A DNA stretch of 64,000 nt from the human T2T-CHM13v2.0 reference genome, Homo sapiens (GCF_009914755.1 NC_060937.1); one strand, 5' to 3'; positions 25,925 to 38,914 are shown, counted from the stretch's first letter. The notes: a model not told the origin generated them from the letters alone. Made by a program: numbers and translations.

Positions 25925-28560
25925 TGTATTTTTACTGATTTTTGTCTTATCTGTTTGCTCTATCAATTACTGAAAGAGAGATTTTCACTATGCGAGTAGA
26001 CCTATTTTTCTTTGTTTTGCAGTAGCTCCCCTTTATCCATGGAGGCTATGTTCCAAGACCCCCAGTGCATGCCTGAAACCACCCATAGTACCAAACCCTA
26101 TATATACTGTTTTTTTCCTATACATACATACCTATGATAAAGTTTCATTTATAAATTAGGCACAGGGAGAAATTAACAATAACTAATAATAAAATAGGAC
26201 AGTTATAACACACTGTAATAAAAGTTATTGAATATCATCTCTCGTGCGTGCGCTCTCTAAATATCTTATTGTGTAATACTCACCCTTCTTGCAATTAAGA
26301 AGAGGCAGGGCAGGATAGCATGAGATTTCATCACACTACTCAGAATGGTGCACAGTGTAAAACTTGTGAATGGTTTGTTTCTAGAATTGTCCATTTAATA
26401 TTTTTGAACTGCATTTGAAACCACAGAAAGCTGTGGTTTCAGTTACTCATGGTCAGCTGCAGTCTGAAAATATTAAATGGAAAATTCTAGAAACAAATGT
26501 TTATGGATGATGTATATATTTCACATCTATATTTATAGTTAAAACTTTTCTTGTGAATTGAGCTTTATCAGTATATATAGTGATTTCCTTTCTCTACTAA
26601 CTGCTGCCTTAAAGTCTCTTTCTTTCCAATATTAATGTAGTTACACCAAATTTTTAAAAATATTTAACTGAAATATCTTTTTTCATTTTACTTTCAACAT
26701 TTCTGAACCCTTATGTTTTAAATGTGTCTCTTATAAACATCACATAGCTAGATTTATTTTAAAATCCAGAATAACAATCTTTTTATTTCAATTGGAACAC
26801 TTAGTTCACCTAAATGTACTAGAAATATTGATATTTATTTCTTCCATCTCATTTTGTGATTTCTATTTGTCTCATCTTTTTAGTCTTCTTTTTCTTCTTC
26901 TTTCTTGTGGGTCAATTGAGGATATTTTCTTACTTCACTCTTTTTCTTTTAGTGTTTGGAACCTAATACTGTAGTTTTTATTCTTCTAATAATTACCCTT
27001 GAAATTTTAACATGCATCCTAACTTATCAAAGTCCAAGTTTAATTAATACATCAATACCTTTCCCTCTTTTGTAACAATACAAGAGGACCTTAGAACACC
27101 TTAATTCTGATAATTCTCCTCCCAACTTATATGCTGTTATTATGGGATAATTTCGTTCTGTCTTATGTTGTGTGTGTTTTACACAAAACAAAAGTTAAGA
27201 TTGTTATTACCATTTTATACTGGAACTTTTAATATACAATCAACCACATTTTACCACTTTCTTTGGTTATCATTCCTTTTGCGTAAAACCATCCATCAGA
27301 GTGACTTCCTTGGTCTGGAATACACATTATAAGTTTTCCTTTACTGAGAGTTTTATTTGAAAATGTCTTTTTGCCCTCATTCTTGAAAGACATTTGTGCT
27401 GAACTGTAATTCTAGGTCAACAGTTATTTTCTCCAGGTGCACTGATGCTTATATTTCACTATCTCCTGGTTTCCACTGCTGCTGTTGAGAAGTTTGCTAT
27501 CAGTTCTCCCTTTTAAGTAATCTGTATTTTCTTTCAAGCTGCTTTTAGGGTCTCCTTTGTTGTTATATAATTTCGTCATAATGTGTAGGTATAGATTTCT
27601 TTTTTTATTAATTTTGCTTAGGATGTATTGGGCTTCCTGAATTTCATGATTGGTTTCTTTGATTGTTCTGGAAAATTCTAAGCCATTATGTCTTCAAATA
27701 TTGCTTCACCGTCTTTCACTCTCTTTCTCTACTCATCCAATAACTGACTGGACATGTGAGACTGTCTCACTCCATCCTCCACATCTCTTAACCTTTCTTT
27801 CTTTCTTGCCACATTCAGAATAATGTATTTAGCTGGTAATAATGTATTTACTTCTCAGTTGATTTAGTCTCTCAGGTTTATTAAACAGCTAATTAAATTA
27901 TTTTATTTGGCATTAAACCCAGCCACTTAGTTTTTAACGTCAATGATTTTATTTTTCTAGTACTTAATGAATTAATTTTCAGATATGCTTGGTCCTGTGT
28001 TCAATAGTATCCGCCTCCTCATCACATTTCTAAATTCTACCTTTTCCATTTTAAACATGTTATTTTTTACTTTGTGTCTGATATTCTAATATCTGAAGAG
28101 TTTGCTGGTCTCATCTGGTATTTCTGCAGTTTCTTACAAATGGTGCTTTATTTCCTTATAGATGTCATGTTTTCTTGGTTTCTGTTGTGGGTTTTTTTTG
28201 TGTGAGTTTATATTCCTTGGAAATTAATCAATGGAAAGTCTGGGTGGCCTGTGTTGAAAGGTATTTCTATTTCATCTTATCCTAAGGATTTTCCCTTGGG
28301 AACCCCGGCTGTATGTGGTGGGTTAGTGATACTGGCTCGTCACTTTAGGGAAGCCCTGTATTTTACTCTCCTGTCCTTGCCCACCCTGCAAATCTGAGGC
28401 CATCAAGGCTTAAGGTCATCTGGGTCTGAGGAATGTCCTTTGGACCAAATCCATTCTTAGTACTCTTGTTTTCTTTTCTGGGTCCCTATTTTCACTTAGT
28501 TTGGAGCCTTTGAAAGTTTGTTACTTTCTTGCCAACTTGTTGACTCCTACATGCTCTATT
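25925..28560 (-). mobile_element. Ancient, degraded L1M (L1MC/ME-like) segment interrupted by MER44
   Basis: T-rich antisense L1 text (tgtctcttataaacatcacatag, ctggaaaattctaagccattatgtcttcaaatattgcttc, gctgttgagaagtttgct); limits approximate. Confidence 0.65.
26020..26497 (+). mobile_element. MER44 (Tigger7-derived MITE) ending in a fold-back duplication
   Basis: cagtagctcccctttatcc...gttccaagacccccagtg...gagatttcatcacactactcagaa...ccatttaatattt. The right terminal repeat is replaced by an inverted copy of internal sequence. Confidence 0.85.
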
Positions 28561-28658
28561 TCATGTTGCAGTGTTAGCTGATTTTAGGAAATGTGCAGGA
28601 AAATACACATGGAGGCATGTACAAGGTAACTTCCTTCACCAACTCTGAGTTAAGATTG

Positions 28659-29322
28659 TTTTTTAAACTTTTATTTTAGATTCAGGGGTACACATGCAGG
28701 TTTGTTATATAGGTAAATTGCATGTCACAAAGGTTTAGTGTACAGATTATTTCGCCAACCAGATAATAACCCTAGTAGCTAATAGGTAGTGTTTCTATCT
28801 TCACCTTCCTCCATCTCGCCCCCATCAAGTAGACCCTGGTGTCTTTTGTTCCTCTCTTTTGTGTCCATGTGTTTTCGTCATTTACTGCCCACTTATAAGT
28901 GAGAACATGTAGTATTTGATTTTCTGTTCCTGTGTTAGGATAGGAACAGATAGTGGCCTCCAGTTCTATCCATGTAGCTGCAAAATACATGACCTCATTG
29001 TTTATGGCTGCGTAGTATTTCATGGTGTATATGTACCACATTTTCTTTATCCGTTCTACCACTGATGGACATGTAGGTTGATTCCATGCCTTTGCTATTA
29101 TGAATTTTGCTGCGATGAACATACATGTACATGTGTCTTTGTGGTAGAATGATTTGTATTCCTTTGGGAACATACCTAGTAATGGGATTGCTGGGTCAAA
29201 TGGTAATTCTGCTTTGAATTCTTTGAGAAATTGCCACGCTGCTTTTCATAATGGCTAAACTAATTTACACTCCCACCTGCAATGTATTAACATCCCCTTT
29301 TCTCCACAACCTCACCAGCATC
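28659..29322 (-). mobile_element. L1PA (about L1PA13-16) 3' end, 5'-truncated
   Basis: aacttttattttagattcaggggtacacatgcaggtttgtta...cccacttataagtgagaacatg...aatgggattgctgggtcaaatggta. ORF 28772..29173 is decayed ORF2 C-terminus (CTCMFIAA...WNQPTCPS...KKMWYIYTM). Confidence 0.92.
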
Positions 29323-29768
29323 ATTTGACTTGGTGGCACGTCATACCATTTTAGAGCAGAGCATTGGAACGGTTATTTTTTGAGTTCTCTGTTTCTGATA
29401 AATATTCTAGGAAGCCCTATTTCATTGGGCCATGTGGTAGTTGGTACTATTGGTTAATATTGTTCCAGGTTCAGCCCTAAACTTCCAGTCCACAAAGGCA
29501 ATAGCCCATCTCAGCAGCCCCAGAGCTCCCCAGGCCTGAGCCTATGGACCCTAGGCACCACATAGTTTCACTCCAATACCTAAGCTCTTGGTGCTGCAAA
29601 CTTCTCCAGAACCCTTACTGTTGGGCTTCTTTCATGAACTATTTTCACTAAAAGATGTCACCTATATCCGTAAACACTGACCTTCAGAGAGGCAAACTCA
29701 GGTACATCCTTTATTTTTTCTCCTTGCTGGCACCTAGAAAGATTCTCCTTCGTACATTACTTACCAAC

Positions 29769-30128
29769 TGATATGGTTTTGCTGTATCTCCACCCAAATT
29801 TCATCTGAATTGTAGCTCCCATAATTCCCACGTGTTGTGGGAGGGACCCGGTGAGAGATAATTGAATCATGGGGGCAGTTTCCCCCATACTGTTCACGAG
29901 ACTGTGAGTAAGTCTCATGAGATCTGATGGTTTTATAAGAGGTTTCCCCTTTTGCTTGGCTCACATTCTCTCTTGTCTGCCACCATGTAAGACATGTCTT
30001 TCACCTTCCACCATGATTGTGAGGCCTCCCCAGTCACGTGGAACTGTGAGTCCATTAAGCCTCTTTTTCTTTATAAATTACCCAGTCTCAGGTATGTCTT
30101 AGCAGCAGTGTGAAAGCAGACTACTACA
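29769..30128 (+). mobile_element. THE1C-like MaLR solo LTR
   Basis: tgatatggtttt...gataattgaatcatgggggcagtttcccccatactgttc...cagactactaca. 5-bp TSD ccaac / cctac. Confidence 0.93.
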
Positions 30129-31234
30129 CCTACCCAGGCCAATCAGGCAGAGAAGAGGTACCAGGACTAGACAAATCCCTGGAATGCCTGGGGCAGGGGG
30201 AGTCTTTACAGAATACCTTTCATGGGCAGTGTGTCTCGTACAACTACTTAATCAATTGCTATTGTGGAATATTATGCTCCAGACTGTGGTGATTACTGTT
30301 TTCAGCCCAGTTAAAATATCCCTTTTATGGAATTTGCTTTATAATAATAGCAATAGTAATAAAAAATAGATTTTTAATTTAATAAAAATAGAAATTAAAA
30401 AATAAGAAAACAAAAATAATATGTGCATTCTATTTTTCTTAAAAGAAAAGCACTTTTTAGATGGAGATACAAAATTGGCCATACTTGTGGCAGCCTCAGG
30501 TGCTAGGCTCCACAAAAGCAGCAGGGTTGGTCACACGGTGCGGTTCTGCTGTGGGTTGCAGAACCAGAGTGAACTAAACTCTGAAATTGGCAGTTTCTCC
30601 TTCAGACCACCCAGAAGTCTGCCCAGGCCAAAACTCTGGACCTGATGGGCTAGTGAAGCATCTAATATATACCAGCTAGATAGACTGGTCTGGCACACAT
30701 GTGTATTTTGTTTCATTTATTTATTCATGCATTTATTCCCTGCCTCAGACAGACAGGGAGCAAGTGAAGGTAGAGAGAGAAAAGAACAGCCTCATAAAAC
30801 CTGCATCCATGTGGTCCAAATGAGGATGACGGGATTGCGAAAGAAGCCGGCTCCACACAGTCTAGGGATGTGGCTCCCTTAACTTCCTCTTCTCATCCCT
30901 CCCAACCCCTGAGCGGAGCCTGCCCCAGCCCACCAGATGCACAGCCCCTTTTAATTTGCACATGGCACAGCATAAATGCCAAATTCAAAGCTTTGCAAGC
31001 ACACAAGCCAAGTTCAAAATCCTGACTATGTGATTGTGTGCTAATTACCTAATCTCATCTCATTTTCGGATCTGTAAAATCTTATTTGTAATGATGATAG
31101 AAGCCAATGTGCATAAAGCTCCTAGCTCAGCCATTGTCTGTACTCAGCCTAGATATTCTTAACACCAGTGATAATAATAGCAATAACAATCATAGATTAA
31201 GCTTAGCTGTTATTCTTATTAATCATATTAATAA

Positions 31235-31498
31235 ATACAAAGTCAAATGCCACATATTCTCACTTCTAAATGGGAGCTAAATAACGTGTGCATATGGACA
31301 TAAAGTGTGGAGTAATAGGCACTGGAGGGAAAGGGTAGGAGGGTGGGAGGGTGCCAAGAGATGAGAATATAATGGGTGCAATACAATGTACAATATTCAT
31401 GGCATAATTACACTGAAAACCCAGATTTCATCACTATGCAATGTATTCATGTAACAAGATTGCACTTGAACCCTTTAAACTTATACAAATAGAAAAAT
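31235..31498 (+). mobile_element. L1 3' UTR fragment (L1PB4/L1MA-like)
   Basis: ccacatattctcactt...gggagctaaataa...G-rich tract...cccagatttcatcactatgcaatgtattcatgtaacaa... Confidence 0.8.
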
Positions 31499-32291
31499 CT
31501 CAAGAACATTTAAGTACAAAGATTTAAATTATTCGATAGGATTTCAAGTAGATTTTTTAAAAGATTTTTCATTTATTCAGTGACTCTTCAACTCAAAGCC
31601 TGTAGGTAAACACCCTTGCCCCAGCCCTAGTCTTTACAGGAAGTGGCTGATATGGCTTCCTGCTGCAGCATTTAAGATGAGCTAAAGCTACTAAATAAAG
31701 CTTTTCTCGGCACATTTAGGACTAGTCGCTGAGGACTAGAAGAGAACTGCAAGCTAATGCTGGCTTCCGGCATTGTTGTCGAATAAAGTTAACACTGGAG
31801 CTTCTCTCCAAGTTACAGCCACATAGCAAGATGACAATGAAAAGTCCCAGGGTGAACATTTGGGAAGCTGATAAGAGATTCAAGTTACATGAAGGTATTT
31901 GGGAAGGATGCAGCTAAATGGTGGATGAAAATAACCTAGAGGAATGATGGCACACAGAGAGGCAGGGGACCCATGGCCTCTCCAGTGACTGATTTCTGAG
32001 AGCAGCGTACATGCCTGTGGCCTCAGGTCACCACCGAGGACCTTCTATGAAAGCCTTAAAAAAAAAAAAAAAAAACTCAAGCCAGACAAGGTAGAAATAC
32101 TGGTAGAGGACATGAAAACCCCAAAATAGGTGATTATTGAATTGAATGTGAAGGTGAACAGCATTTGAAATAGCCTTTTTAAAAAAACTCCCTTGAAGGT
32201 GAACACAGGGACAAGTTACCAACTGTAATTTAACTGTAAAATGATCAGCGCTTCGAGAGTAGGTTTGACTATGGGGAATGACAGCCACAAG

Positions 32292-32475
32292 AAGAATCTT
32301 GCAGCTATTTTTATCTTCCCTCATCTTGACACCTCCCCTTTTAAAAGACTAAGAGAAACAGAGGCACAAAGTTAAGACTTATGGCACAAAGATAGCAGAT
32401 AAGAGGCACAGAGATAAGGGACTGAGGAACCAGAACAAGACCTGGGTTTTTTGTTTTTTTTTTTTAATTTCTGTT
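32292..32475 (+). repeat. Copy 1 of a diverged local direct duplication (MIR-derived)
   Basis: tttatcttccctcatcttgac...gagaaacagaggcacaaagttaaga...cagagataagg...ccagaacaagacct is shared with 34007-34170. Confidence 0.85.
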
Positions 32476-32871
32476 CTAGATTTATGTCCACCCATTGTCC
32501 TATCTCAGAAAATGCAGCATAGTTCCAGATTGAAGCAGAATCTGTGTGGCAGCCTATAGTCGTTCACCAAATACTAATAAGGATACGCCACGTTTGTGAC
32601 ATGCGTGAGGATAGACAAAGGGTTTTCACATCCCATATCTCATTTGTAAAACTTGAAACAACTGGAACCAGCAATTTGATGTTTCTCTTGAAGAGACTCC
32701 CAGGGCCGAATGTTCTGTTCCCAGGGGCCTAACGTTAGAATCCTCATGGTGTCTGTGATGTTTCTATTGCCGTCAAAGGTCAAACAAGAGGTGAACAGAC
32801 ATTTTAGGGATTTACTGCTATTTTGTCTCTTCTTTGTCGTCCACAGTACTTTCATAAGTGCCTCTGTTTGG

Positions 32872-32952
32872 GGAAAAGAAAAGGGAAGGAAGGGAGGAGA
32901 GGAGGGAGGGAGGGAGAAAGGAGGAAGAGGAGAAGAGAAGAAAGAAGAAAGA
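32872..32952. repeat. Pure purine (GA-rich) low-complexity tract
   Basis: ggaaaagaaaagggaaggaagggaggagaggagggagggagggagaaaggagg... Confidence 0.85.
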
Positions 32953-33953
32953 TATGTTCCTTTCTGACACCAGGACTATTTTTAGTGCCCAGAGCAACTT
33001 CAGAGAATTCTATGATGAAGCCTGGAGAAGAACGCGGCTCACTCATTTGTGCTCACTCCAAGGGGAGTAAAGAAAGGAACTTGGTGAAAGGCAGGGCAGA
33101 GGGCAGTCAGTCTGGACGCCAGTAACTACTGTGTGTTCCCAGAACGTTAAATCAACTATGCACCTGAGTTTGCTTTTCATTAAATCACTGTTATATTCTC
33201 AAAGACTGCTGATCATGGGAATTTGGGATTCAAGGTCCTCATTTTATAAGCGCTTCCTATATACTAATAGTATAATATCAAGTAAATTATTTTCGGTTGA
33301 ACTGATGATTAGGAGTAAAAGCTATGGCTCTATTGATTTAAAACAATAAGAAGCTTTCAGCATAAGTTATTTAAAAGGCTCATGGGAATTGTAAAAAGCC
33401 CTTCCAGGATTACTGGCTTTTGGTTAAAATCCCTATTACATATTTTTGTCTTCTGGGTTCAAATAATTGCATTTTCTTGGATTGAGGTCAGCTCCTTCCC
33501 AACCCTTTTGATCCGTGTGACCCGAAGAGCTCTTTGGTTTACCATGTTTGGCTTTGAGCTGACTCACGCCAAGGCTAAAAGCAAGATAACTTGTTTGGGT
33601 AAGCAGAGCAAGACGACAATGAGACCAGAGCCTGATCCTTAGAAGCTCTGACCATGACCTCCTTCCCTCAAAGACGCTCCTTCGTGGTGGTCACATGGGG
33701 AAGCCAGTAAGATAGCATCCAGCCAGGCATGCAGATTGACATTACTACCAGGGACAAGCAATTCCAAACATTTCCAGAATTTGCTCTACATTCAGGGATG
33801 CTTAGAGTTGGAAGGGATGTTAACATCCATCTCCATGCCCTCACTTTACCAGTGAGAACACTAGAATCCAGAAAGATGAAATAACTAAAATCACTTTGAC
33901 TGTATTTATTTATATTTTCTTCCACTAAGATCAGGTATTTTTGGTATGCTTGT

Positions 33954-33986
<33 letters not shown>
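33954..33986. repeat. (CA)n microsatellite
   Basis: About 16 uninterrupted CA units. Confidence 0.95.
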
Positions 33987-33988
<2 letters not shown>

Positions 33989-34006
33989 CACATATATTCC
34001 AAAATA

Positions 34007-34170
34007 GAGAATTATCTTACCTTATTTATCTTCCCTCATCTTGACTCCTCTCCTTTTAAAATAATAGGAGAAACAGAGGCACAAAGTTAAGATTTATGGC
34101 ACAAGGACAGCATATCAGAAGTGCAGAGATAAGGAGCCAGAACAAGACCTAGGTTTTTTATTTCTGGAAC
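34007..34170 (+). repeat. Copy 2 of the local direct duplication
   Basis: See 32292-32475. Confidence 0.85.
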
Positions 34171-34274
34171 AGAAATAAAATTATTTCACAAAATTATAAT
34201 CACAAAGAAAAAAAGTAGAATCAGACTCCTTGGATCCACTGTCCACTTTCACAAACAGGATGGATCCTCTTTTC

Positions 34275-34420
34275 TGACAGACTTTATTTTCTTAGAACAG
34301 TTTTAGTTTCACATCAAAAGTCTGCCCCCACGTAAATACAGCCTCCCCAACCATCACAAGATGTTCGGTTTGTTACCATCAATAAACCTACATTGACTAT
34401 CCTTTTCATCCAAACTCATT
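34275..34420 (-). mobile_element. L1MB/MC 3' end fragment
   Basis: agactttattttcttagaacagttttagtttcaca...tttgttaccatcaataaacctacattgac. Confidence 0.65.
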
Positions 34421-35814
34421 TAAAATTCACTGTTAAGAGGAATTCTATGGCCTACATGTTGTCACTTTGCAGTGAAAACACAGAAAATGTGCTGGAAACT
34501 TTAGTGAGTCCTTTAACCTTTCCTCTTTTAGTTAAATGGCGGGAAGCAACACAGTGAGTGAAAGTAAAGGAGATTTCGAAGAGTCTTTCCAGCTTGCAAA
34601 CACGGGCACTCTGTGAGTAAGGAAAATTAAGTCAGAGTAACTTGTTCCCTCCTCCTATGAGACAATCTATTATAGAAATGCAAGCGTGGGAAAAGGAGGG
34701 TCTACCTCCAGCTCCCCCACTGGTATTTTATCAACAATAACGTTCTCAAGGGACTTTTACAGCTAAATATTTTGGTAGTTTAGCGTCTATCAGCACCAAC
34801 ATGAGACAGCAAATATTCTCAGGATACTTTTGGGACTCCCATATTCCAAGGCATAGAAAGGGGAATTTGTTATCTTTTTCTCCACATGTATGATTTCATG
34901 CATAATTTTAAAAATAAGGGCCACTGCCTTCTGCTGGAGCCTGGCTGTTCACGTAGCTGTAACGGTTTTACTAGTTGTGTGTTTGTAAAAGTGCTTTTCC
35001 CCCTCTGTGTCAGCAAACTGCATGGCGGACGGGGCTTGGAGACTTGGAATTTCGTGGAGATGATTAATTACAGAGCATCTCATTGCAGATGTTTTTCTCT
35101 TCTCCCTTTTGTGGGCCTTTTGCGTCTCTTTCCCAGCTCTTCTCTTCTTCTCTATCCTCTGCACCCACCATGTCCCCCATCTCTACCTCACAGCTGTGGC
35201 TTCTCTCAGGAAATGCTAGGCCACAACACAGGAAAAATGGTGTTTTCATATCACGGTTCGTTTACTGCAGTCAGAGCAAAAAACGACAGCAAAACATTCT
35301 AAAAATGCCAAGCACTTGGAGGAATGTCTGCTCACGAAACTGACACTTTACTCTGACCCAGGTCCCCTTTTCAAGAGTTTCACTTTTACAGTAACACTGA
35401 GGTGGTCACATTGACTAAAAATATAGATTCAAAAGTGAGTGGGTCGGAGTATTTTTGTGAGAGGTTTTTCGTCTTTGTTTTTTCACTTTATTAACAGGAA
35501 GTGTGATACCCAGTAAAAAAAATCACTGCCCCTTATAAAATGGAATCTAAGTGCAAAGAGTTTCACCTAGTTTTCTCTTTCCTTAAACAGCTTCAGTGCC
35601 TCCTTTTCTTAGGGCAGGAGTTTAGCTGAGAGATTTTCTAGGAGAGGAAACAGGGCCACATTGCACACCTGGAGATGGTAAACCTGCCTTCTTCATCCAA
35701 GCATGCTTCCTCCCCCTTCCCCTCCGATTTTGTTGGGAGAAAAAATAGGAAAGGGTGATCTTTCCTGCTTCCTGGAGATCGCCTACAAAGCCAACAGTAG
35801 AGAAGGATCTGTGG

Positions 35815-36050
35815 CTGTTGTCTCAAAGGATTCCTCTGCACATTAGACCAGCATTCGGAATATGTGGGACTCGGATCATTTACATGAGAAACTTATTAAA
35901 ATACTGATTCCCAAGGGCCAACCCAGGGCCACACTAAGTCAGCCAGTGGGGTACAGGGGACAGCAAATCTGTATTTTTAACAAGTTCGCCTGTGATCCTG
36001 ATAGATACCACCTCACATGCTAAGTGGACTGCTACTGCTTTGAGAACCTA
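35815..36050. mobile_element. MER5-family (hAT-Charlie) MITE, degraded
   Basis: cttattaaaatactgattccc...aaatctgtatttttaacaag...tttgagaacc. Confidence 0.55.
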
Positions 36051-37491
36051 CCTTTTCCATCTTTCCATGCCCGATGCCAATGTGTTCAATGCATGTTTCT
36101 TGGAAGAATGACTACTCTTAATTAGACATGTAAAATGACTTCGTGGCTCCTACATGGAAGGATTCACCCTAAAGTGAGGTTTCCAGTGGAGAGAGGGAAA
36201 AGCCACACGAAGACTTCCTGGGGATGCTGGAACAAAGCTTTGCTTTCTGGCTGTTCTGTCGCTGTCCTGTCGTTGGTCTCACTCATGGCAGCTGCCGTCT
36301 GACATCACTGCTCTGTGTTTGTCAGGAGCAGACGTGAAGAGAGACCCCATCCACAGCCAGCAGCATGGCCCTGCCTCCTGCAAGTCTTTCTAGGAAGCAA
36401 TTGTATATAAATTATAAACAAACAAATAATATTTCTGAACCTTATGTTAGTCACTGCACTGAGTATTTCAGGGAAAGGAAAGGGGGCTCATTCCAGTCTG
36501 TTGCTCCACGTCCGCTGGGGAAGTGGGCAGCCTGCTGTGGGAGGAGATGCTGGCTGGGGAGCCCCTGCATCACTATGTGACCTTCGACAGGTCACTGCCC
36601 ATCACCAAGCCTTCGTTTGCTCATCGTTAAAACCAGGGGTGAACTGCAGAGGCCCTGCAGTCCCTTTGAGCGACAGGACTGTAAGCTTCTGTGTGAGTGT
36701 GAAATGTGTTTGCTGTGACCCCTCTGAACATTGACCAATGGGTCCCCATCAACTCTGGAGCTCCTGAGGAAGAACCCCGGGGGGGGCTGAAATGGAGTTG
36801 GTGAGATACTTCCCACTGACACTGGAGTTCTCAGCTTTATTTCCCTTTTGAAAGAGCTGGTTAGTATCTTTTAGAGTAAGATTTGTATTTCTTTCTTGCC
36901 CAAAATGGAGCCAGAGAGGGACAAAATAAAGAAACTAAAATGTCCTCAAGAATATCCAAAAAGAACAGAAGTGCAGGAAAATGATGCTTAAAATTTAAGC
37001 TCCTGAAAACATTTGGCAAAACGCTGGGTTCTCCCTGCATGTTCAACGTTAGGAATTTTCACATGAGTTCACAGTGTTCCCAGGGCCCACCGCACCCTGG
37101 GCCCCTCACATCTTCCACCTCGAAGGATGTCGTTCCCAGCAGCAGATCTGTGCCTCGCAGTACCGTCTGCAGCTGCCATTTGCTTAGTCTGGGAGATGTC
37201 CAATTCCTCCCTCAGAAGAGAATCACGCTTTCATTTTCCCTTTGAGGTAGCATGTCCCAAATTACACAGCCAAGGTCTTCATCCCAGGGGGGAGGTTTAT
37301 TCTCCACAGGATCTGCAGACAGTGAGAAAATGCATCTGATCTTGAAAACTGTGGTTGAACAATTGTGTAAATGTAATTGAAATTCATGTTTTTCCAGATG
37401 AAAATGGACCTCCATTCACAACATGGGATTGAATGGGTTTAGGAGATTCAGAAAATCTTGGGTTGTCTGATAATTTCCCAATATTGCTTTA

Positions 37492-37549
37492 CTTCTCCTC
37501 CTCCTCTTCCTCCTCCTCCTTCCTCCTACTCCTCCTCCTCCTCTTCTCT
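37492..37549. repeat. (TCC)n polypyrimidine trinucleotide repeat
   Basis: ctcctcctcctcttcctcctcctccttcctcctactcctcctcctcctcttc. Confidence 0.9.
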
Positions 37550-38092
37550 TACCTTGGTCCTATTTGGGACAAAAAAAAAATCCCTGGGTCAGAAATTTTA
37601 CCCTTTCCCATAAACATGACTTTTTGAACCTCCCAAGAGGCAGAAACGAAGCCAAATGTGATTACTCAACCTCTAAAGTTTCATCATGTAGTGATTCATC
37701 AAAGGAGCTGAAGGTACTGCGCATTGCTGAACTTGAATATGCCTTCTGAGAGGCTCCTACCATGTTGCTTTCATGAAGAAATAGTGATCCTTGAAAGGGA
37801 ATTTCACACTGGAACAGAGCAACTGTGCTGCCTGCTTTCTCTGTGTTCCCTCGATCAGGACTGATAACTCCCTGCATAAGTTTAATCCCACCTTTCCTCT
37901 TCTTCTCTCTCTCACATTAGCAATTCTTATGGAAACGATGCAACCCTTGCCTATGTTATGCCTGCCTAGTAATAATTTTTAGGATCATTTTCAAAGATCC
38001 TGGGGCCAGCAAAATTTTTACCGTTTAAAGTCTGTTTGGCCACTGGCCAAGTGACCTTGGGCGAGTCAGTTAATTTCTCTGAGCCTCTAACT

Positions 38093-38432
38093 CAGGAACT
38101 CTCAGTCTTGACTGTACATGAAAATTACCTGGGAAACATTAAATACTGATGCCTGGGCCTCGTATTTAGAGATGTTGATCTGTTTGGCTTGGGACTGACC
38201 CAGCATCTGTATTTGGAAAGCTTCCTAAAGCATGTCCTTGGGGTGCAGCCAAGGTTGCTAGCCACTTCCCCAAGTCCTTGTTTATCAAAATGTGATTCCT
38301 AAACTGGCAGCATCAGTATCACCTGTTAAAAAAATGAAGAATCACAGGTCCTACCCCAGGCCTGCAGCATCAGAACCTGCATTTCAACAAGATCCCAGGT
38401 GATTCGTAGGTACATCATGCTAAGAGAAGCAC
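38093..38432. mobile_element. Two adjacent MER5A-family MITEs, next to a MIR fragment at about 38040-38090
   Basis: ctctcagtcttgactgtacatgaaaattacctggg...gcagccaaggttg; cagcatcagtatcacctg...aacctgcatttcaacaagatcccaggtgattc. Confidence 0.75.
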
Positions 38433-38914
38433 AGCTCAAATCCTTGTCTGTTAAAGGTGGATGATAATAGTCAATATGCAATGAGCTCTGTGCTCCATGT
38501 TTTTCCCTGTGTAATCTCAAAAAGGTACAGAGGAGAAACTGCATATTCACCTATATATCTCTTGAGACCTTAGCCTATTTCAAAAAGCTCTGGATACGAG
38601 ATCTAGTGGGTTTGTTGGGTTGATTGCTGTCCTTTTATGTGGTTTTCTTAAGAGGCTGATTGTTACATTGATATAACCATATAAGACTGTTCTACGAGTT
38701 TAGTATCTTCCTCTGATCTCAGAAATTGGGCCTCCCTCCAAATATTTAATAAAAAAATTTGCCTCCTTTTTCTATCACATTTTAGATTGATTTGGAGGGT
38801 GCTACATCAACTCTAACTGGCAGATTTAAGAAACTGTATGCAGTGATTTTTAGGATGGGGACTAGTACAATAGGTAAACCAGAGTTGGGGTCAGCTAGTC
38901 AGACAAGTTTCTTT

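Noticed and set aside
28772-29173. ORF resembling a reverse-transcriptase protein C-terminus (also 63743..63985)
   Set aside because: Decayed, truncated L1 ORF2 remnants, not functional genes.
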